Assembly (NCBI GenBank): GCA_051362555.1
Contig: CM120648.1
Coordinates: 5,452,587-5,516,586 of the forward strand
Source: Lingula anatina
Lineage: Eukaryota; Animalia; Brachiopoda
Reading direction: 5' to 3'
DNA: 64,000 bases
This document shows, piece by piece, positions 58,573 through 64,000 of the stretch. Both the position numbers and the translations under genes were made by a program. How positions within the stretch are numbered: position 1 is the stretch's first letter; every line of letters starts with the position of its first letter. The notes beneath the pieces were generated by a model, which was not told the DNA's origin, searched no databases, and worked only from the letters and a program-made list of their open reading frames with translations.

Positions 58573-60797
58573 CCTGCAGTGGAAATCTCATTCATTTATT
58601 AAAAGGCCAAATAGATGTTGTAGAGTTACACAGATTACATAATATGTGGTTCAAAGCATCAAACTAGCAAAGAGGGGTTTTCCAGTGTCTTTTTTTCACT
58701 TTTATGATTTTTATATGTGCAAATATGATAATCGTGTCTTGCTGCTCTTGCATGATGCACACACTATCTGGTCACAAATTTTTTGTTTCAGTGTTTTTAG
58801 GTCACATTTTTATATTATAGCTCACAGCTATGCCACTTGCATTTTCTTTAAATGCACAAATATCTGTACTATACTTTGCTAGCCTCTCCATTCAGTAAAG
58901 ATTTATTTTAGCAGGGTTTCAATATTGCAATATATGTATGTTGGTATTCTTAAAAGTAGCTAGCAAAACAATCTCACAGTATATATATAATGGAGTTTAT
59001 GATGTAAGAAGTTTTTAAGTGAAAAAAGAGAAAAACTTTAAATGAGATTATTTGGAAGTACATGCTTCCCTTAGATGACCATAACTTTTGACTTCTTTAT
59101 TGGTGTTCAGTAGAAATGTGACAATGACTAAGTGTTTAATTAATTCCACATATACTGGTTTCAACCTTTAAATAAGAAGAACAGTGGGTTAGATGGTAAC
59201 TGCCATGTATTTGTATGGTAACAAGATAACTGTGGTAATAAGAAAACTATCACAATTTCAGCACCATTATGGTAATTGGTTTAAAATATTTATCAGTAGG
59301 CAAGAAAGTTGAGGAAGGCAAATTGTACAGTTGAGAGGTAATCAGAAATATCAAGGAAAGTATTATGGTGGTTGTTTATTTCGGCAACCACAAGGGGTAA
59401 TATAAGAAATGAGGTGTGTAGACTGGATAAGTTATGATAGTTGAGTGAACAAGACGACTCTTGCTATACAAATATTGAAGCACCTTGAGAACATCAGCAG
59501 TTTACAGTGTTATTTATAAATCTGTCAGGAAAGATAGATTTTCATCAATCTAAAAGTGTATTTGATTTACACTGCAAGTCAATCCTAAGTGATTTTTGCC
59601 ATGGAGTAGAAAAGACTGTTGAACGGTTAAATTATTTAAAATCAGGTAGTAATAGTAATATATTCCTTTTTTTTTCTTTTCATAAGCATTATGAAATGTT
59701 TATATATATACTTCAGAAAGGGGTTATACATATCAGAGTAGTCTTTATATTATAGAAATGATGTGAAGTATATTGAAATATTTTTTTTTACAATAGAAAT
59801 AGCATCTAGGCAGTCGAGATGCTTCTCAAGTTTAGAAATTGCTTGGCGCCTGCCTTTATAAAAGTGTATATGATGCCTAATAGTGTTTTGTAAAGATTGC
59901 CGTTTCTTACCTCTTTCATTTCACATCAATTTTTTTTTTAGTTTATAAAATAGATTATCAGCTCAGCTTTAAGCCAAGCCTTAATGAAAGGTTTAAACCA
60001 GTCTCATTCCTTTTATTACAAGCATTTTGTTAATGGTTTGTATAATTGTAGAAGTTTTAAATTCTCAGCTTTAGTTGGAAAGGAAGTAGTCAAATACGAA
60101 ATATTTGACTTGGGAACCTCTCTAAGTCGATTTCTTTTCAAGGTAATGTTCTGTTGGGGAGGTGGGATATGTTTTTGTGAACTGAATAATTTACTTTATA
60201 ATTTAGTCAGTATGGTTGGAACAAATTTGAAATTTATCAACTAGGTTATACTGTGTAGTGTTTCCTCCTTTTAGTTCAAAACATGATGTAAGTCACAGAT
60301 GTTATTCAAAACAAGTTTTATTTGCATCAGAATAATGCAGCACTGTTAACATAACAGATGGAATGGGGTTCTTTTATATTCATTATTTTCTACAGGAGAG
60401 AAAAATAAATTATTAATTTTTAGAACCACCGTCTTCATGCGTTTTACGATGAGAGAGAGACACCCACTTTCTCTCTTTTGCTCTGGGTGTTATCTTTACA
60501 TCAACATCAAACAGCACAGGTACAGGACTGGTACAATCGAGTCCACTAGCTCACTTCACACTTAAAATATATATTTTTAATAATCTTGAAGAAGAGGGTA
60601 TGGGTGAAGGTTGTCCAAGCATTAGTAGAAATTCTTGGTTTTCTTCCTACTGGTAGAGCCCTGCTGGATTCAATCCACATCCAGTAAATCGGTGAATTTT
60701 GTCTGTGCATGCCTGTGACCGGATCAATGTGATCAACTCGACATAAAGGTCAGTGTCACCTTATTCTAAATGTAGGCTACTATGACCTATTTTCCAG

Positions 60798-60910
60798 TCA
60801 GATTTGCTGTTCTGGGTCTGTCAAATAGCACATGCTCATTTCATCTTTCCCTATTAACACCATGGCTCGGCACTCCTGGTGCCACCTCAGTAAATTGACT
60901 TGGAATGTTG
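60798..60910 (-). CDS. wrap73: WRAP73 last coding exon
   Basis: [37 protein letters not shown]; ttccag| acceptor. Confidence 0.92.
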
Positions 60911-63695
60911 CTGGAAATTTAAAAAAAAAAAAAAAAGACTTTTACAAAAACACATGAGTGTCAGTTTAAAAAGTCTCTAAAGGCCTCGGCATGTCAGAAT
61001 ATGGCTCATTTCATAAAAATCAAAAATATAATTTTCAACCAATGATTTATTGTAATAAATGTCATATATAATGACTCTTACCATTGAGTACAGACAAAAA
61101 TTATAAAAATTTAACCTGTGTGCAAAGATTTAACCTAAGATGAATCTTCAAAACAGCAATTCTGTTGAGAAGTGTGTGTGTGTGTGTGTGTGTAAAGACC
61201 TACCTTCAGTTGGTACTGGTACAGACAGACATCCTGCAGGAGACCACATATAAATACTGTTGTTACCAGTGGCTAGGCCCAGTCTTGTGTGCACTGGATC
61301 CCATTCTACACCTTGAAAGATGTTTCAAATAATATTTAAATATCAAAATGATATTGAGGACTTATTTATTTGCTTTAGTGACCTGCTCTCACTGATTCAC
61401 AATTATTTTATTTTATCAGTGAGTGAGAAAATAAATACAGAACTTAAATATTCCAAAAATATGTTTTATGATTATTCTATTCATATTTTATCAATTTTCT
61501 TCTTTTGCTCAAAATCTGTATACATATAAATATGGGACGATTCTAATATGTCACCAAAAGATGGAAAAAGTAATCTTTTTAAGAGCTTCATCTTACACTT
61601 AATTGGTGAGGCATGGATCAATAGGAATGCCAGGCTGAGTGTTTGGATGTCCCAAATCCACAGAGTGTGAGGCATATTGTCTGAAATATATACATATATG
61701 AATTATTTATATAAAGAATAGGTAAATTACACATTTTTCCAAGCCATCGTATTTATACGTTTTGATGTCTGACAACCAGAATCAATGCATGTACGCATAT
61801 TTATAGGGCCCAAAAAAATGGAAAATCATCATACTCAATTTCCTGCACATCAGGCCCAGTAAAATGCAAATTCAACACACAGGTGCTTGACAAATTCACA
61901 TTATTGCATTGACTGAAATATGCATGTGTAGGATATTATGGGCAATGGAAATAAAGTTCACATCAAAACTGTTAGAACACATTCAGAACAGCAGACTAAC
62001 AGACACACGGATCAAATATGGCGATCGACTAAGAAGCCTGCTGCTTAATTCCAGATTAGACACTGAATAGATTCCTTGCAGGGATTACACACCTAGCAGT
62101 CAAGTAGGTTGGCCATATTTGATCCGCAGATCTGTTATTCCACTGTTCCACAAATATGGCTGACCCACTTAAATACTTCCCCACAGGATATCTATTCAGT
62201 GTCTTTTAGCAGATTAGACAGCAATCTTTGAAGTAGGTTGCCATATTTGACTCTCAGACTAGTTGGTCCCCTGTTCTAAATGGGGCATTAAATAATAAGG
62301 ATAGTTAACCATGCTGTGCTCAGACCCTGCCTACCATTGATAGTGTACAGGTACTTGCTGTTGGCACTGAAGCCCAGCTTTCCCACCCCAATTTTGGGGT
62401 TAGCCTTGTTCAGATCTGACTTAATAGTTGGGATCAGCACTGCTCCTTCCACCAACTCATCTGAAATAAGTGATCAAGTTCTGTCTACAGAGTAAATGAA
62501 ATTAAAAGTTCTAAAAATATCTTCAAAAAGTTTCTCTGAATCTTCGACTGCCAGCACTCATAAACTTTAATGCCAGTCTGACCAACACGGCTTAACTTTT
62601 GACACCAATCATGTAAGAAAAACTTTTCAAAGCAAACTTTGAATAACATGCTACACTGTCCTTTTGTTATTTATCTATTAATTTATTTCATCATTAATTC
62701 ATCAATAAAATTATCTTTTCATTTATCTCTCACTGTGTTTAAAATTTTTAACACTTAAACCATGCTTCCCCTGCTTCCAGTCAATGACTTTCCTTCGATA
62801 TTAAGATTCATTAGTTATTATTTTCATTAATACACGATCTATTTAATTATCATTTTTCAAGTAGTAACGATTTCAATACTAACATTTGCTTTGAGTAGAA
62901 AACAGAGTTCCTCGAGGGAGTTCTGATTCACCATCTAAGAGCTGGGGTCTTCTCTCCCATTCTTTGTAAACTATCTGTGGATGAGAAAAAGAATAATATA
63001 TTTGTGTTGGACACAACATAATTATCTTTTTTTTTTTTTGTAAAATATTTTTTAAAAAATCACTTTTTAAAAATAATTATGTATTTACTTTCATTGAAAA
63101 AGTTACTATAATTATTTTACTGCTTTGCCAATCATTTTTTAAATTGAAGGAAAAGTTAGAGCATTTCCTTGGACACGACCAATTTGTTCATTTTGTTGGA
63201 TTTTTTTTTCCAATTTTTAATCATGTTGTAAAAACAGTCACTTGAAATTTCGGTTACATGTTAGTGAAATGTTCTGAAAATGTAAATTTGTTGCTTCACT
63301 ATCAGGAGATATTGCTTGTGAAAAATCTTTAAACTTTTAAATATCAACTGGTCAACATTTTAGCAACCAACTGGTCCACATTTACAGCAACCAACTGGTC
63401 AACACTTCCAGCACTATCATACTGACCACATTAGGATTGTCCAGCTCTGAGGGATGGTCAAATTCTGCCACTGCCCTCCATGTGATGTGATTCAAAATGC
63501 GCACCTGTGGAGACATTTCTTGACAATTATTTTTCATTCAGGTGGAAATTATTTTCCTTTAAGTGTTAAGGCAATAAATCTGAAATCATTAACTCCCCTT
63601 CCCACCCAGAAAAATGTTCACAGCACAAATTTCAGCTAATCACAAACGAAACTGCCATTTAGTGAAAAAGTCAGAAATATGGCATGAAGTATTGT

Positions 63696-63744
<49 letters not shown>

Positions 63745-64000
63745 ACTAGGCCAATTATATTTTTGGCTCTAATTATTTCAGCTGGCAGAGGGGCAAAAAT
63801 GGAGGACAGATCAACAAAGATAATTTGGAAGACTGTCAGAAAAATAACTCTGGTTCAGCCCCTAGTGAATCAGTGTGCTTACCTTCTGGTCATAGCTACC
63901 AATGGCTAAGAATTGACTACTTGGAGCCCAGGCAATGTTCTTCACTCCCAGAGCATGCTCATAGGCAGAGTACTCAGACAGACATCTACCATCCACTGAA
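60798..64000 (-). CDS. wrap73: WRAP73/WDR8 WD40 protein, 5'-partial: complement(join(60798-60910,61204-61311,61597-61680,62335-62460,62884-62974,63427-63504,63883-64000))
   Basis: Spliced peptide [48 protein letters not shown]..-IVYKE..-..[35 protein letters not shown]..-..[31 protein letters not shown] closely parallels human WRAP73 as I recall it; all junctions are GT-AG and in phase. Confidence 0.95.
61204..61311 (-). CDS. wrap73: WRAP73 exon
   Basis: [36 protein letters not shown]; |gtaggt. Confidence 0.94.
61597..61680 (-). CDS. wrap73: WRAP73 exon
   Basis: [28 protein letters not shown]; tttcag| ... |gtaaga. Confidence 0.94.
61981..62281. mobile_element. two degenerate, oppositely oriented copies of the 33779-33953 MITE in a WRAP73 intron
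   Basis: Shares ATTCAGAACAG..GGATCAAATATGGCGA..AGACACTGAATAGATTCC..GGCCATATTTGA; the second copy has the core inverted (ATCTATTCAGTGTCT). Confidence 0.8.
62335..62460 (-). CDS. wrap73: WRAP73 exon
   Basis: [42 protein letters not shown]; tttcag| ... |gtaggc. Confidence 0.94.
62884..62974 (-). CDS. wrap73: WRAP73 exon
   Basis: [30 protein letters not shown]; ccacag| ... |gttagt. Confidence 0.9.
63346..63413. repeat. three-copy about 24-bp tandem repeat CAACTGGTC(A/C)ACA..AGCAAC
   Basis: Direct reading, in a WRAP73 intron. Confidence 0.75.
63427..63504 (-). CDS. wrap73: WRAP73 exon
   Basis: [26 protein letters not shown]; ccacag| ... |gtcagt. Confidence 0.93.
63698..63742. repeat. poly-G tract (about 45 nt)
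   Basis: Direct reading; homopolymer length may be unreliable. Confidence 0.9.
63883..64000 (-). CDS. wrap73: WRAP73 exon (truncated by window edge)
   Basis: [39 protein letters not shown]|gtaagc. Confidence 0.93.

Noticed and set aside
63698-63742. 45-nt poly-G as a functional G-quadruplex
   Set aside because: G/C homopolymers are scattered throughout the window, length may be an assembly artefact, and the WRAP73 transcript carries the C strand.

Overview
AT-rich, intron-rich animal genomic DNA, most likely an invertebrate such as a mollusc or other lophotrochozoan (inferred from repeat types and protein divergence, not proven). I built four protein-coding genes by hand from GT-AG sites and reading-frame phase. 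(1) The 3' part of dishevelled (Dvl, +): PDZ, DEP and the ...[10 protein letters not shown] end, 8887-17983; the DIX exons are outside the window. (2) A complete PLAC8/cornifelin-family gene (+, 30017-34072). (3) A complete 15-exon CCDC50/Ymer-like gene (+, 36290-58279). (4) The last seven exons of WRAP73/WDR8 (-, 60798-64000), convergent with CCDC50. Introns and intergenic DNA hold MITEs, a Helentron-like repeat, a decayed L1/Tx1 LINE and microsatellites. Main points of interest: Dvl appears to have extra exons (an internal first exon giving a DIX-less protein, a poly-T-flanked microexon with the same INLPR end, and an alternative Cys-rich last exon). The CCDC50-like protein has about 8 MIU-like motifs and a polybasic-CKQQ prenylation tail. 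The Dvl/CCDC50/WRAP73 linkage mirrors the human 1p36 and 3q27-28 paralogous regions. All coordinates and homologies were read by eye; no searches were run.
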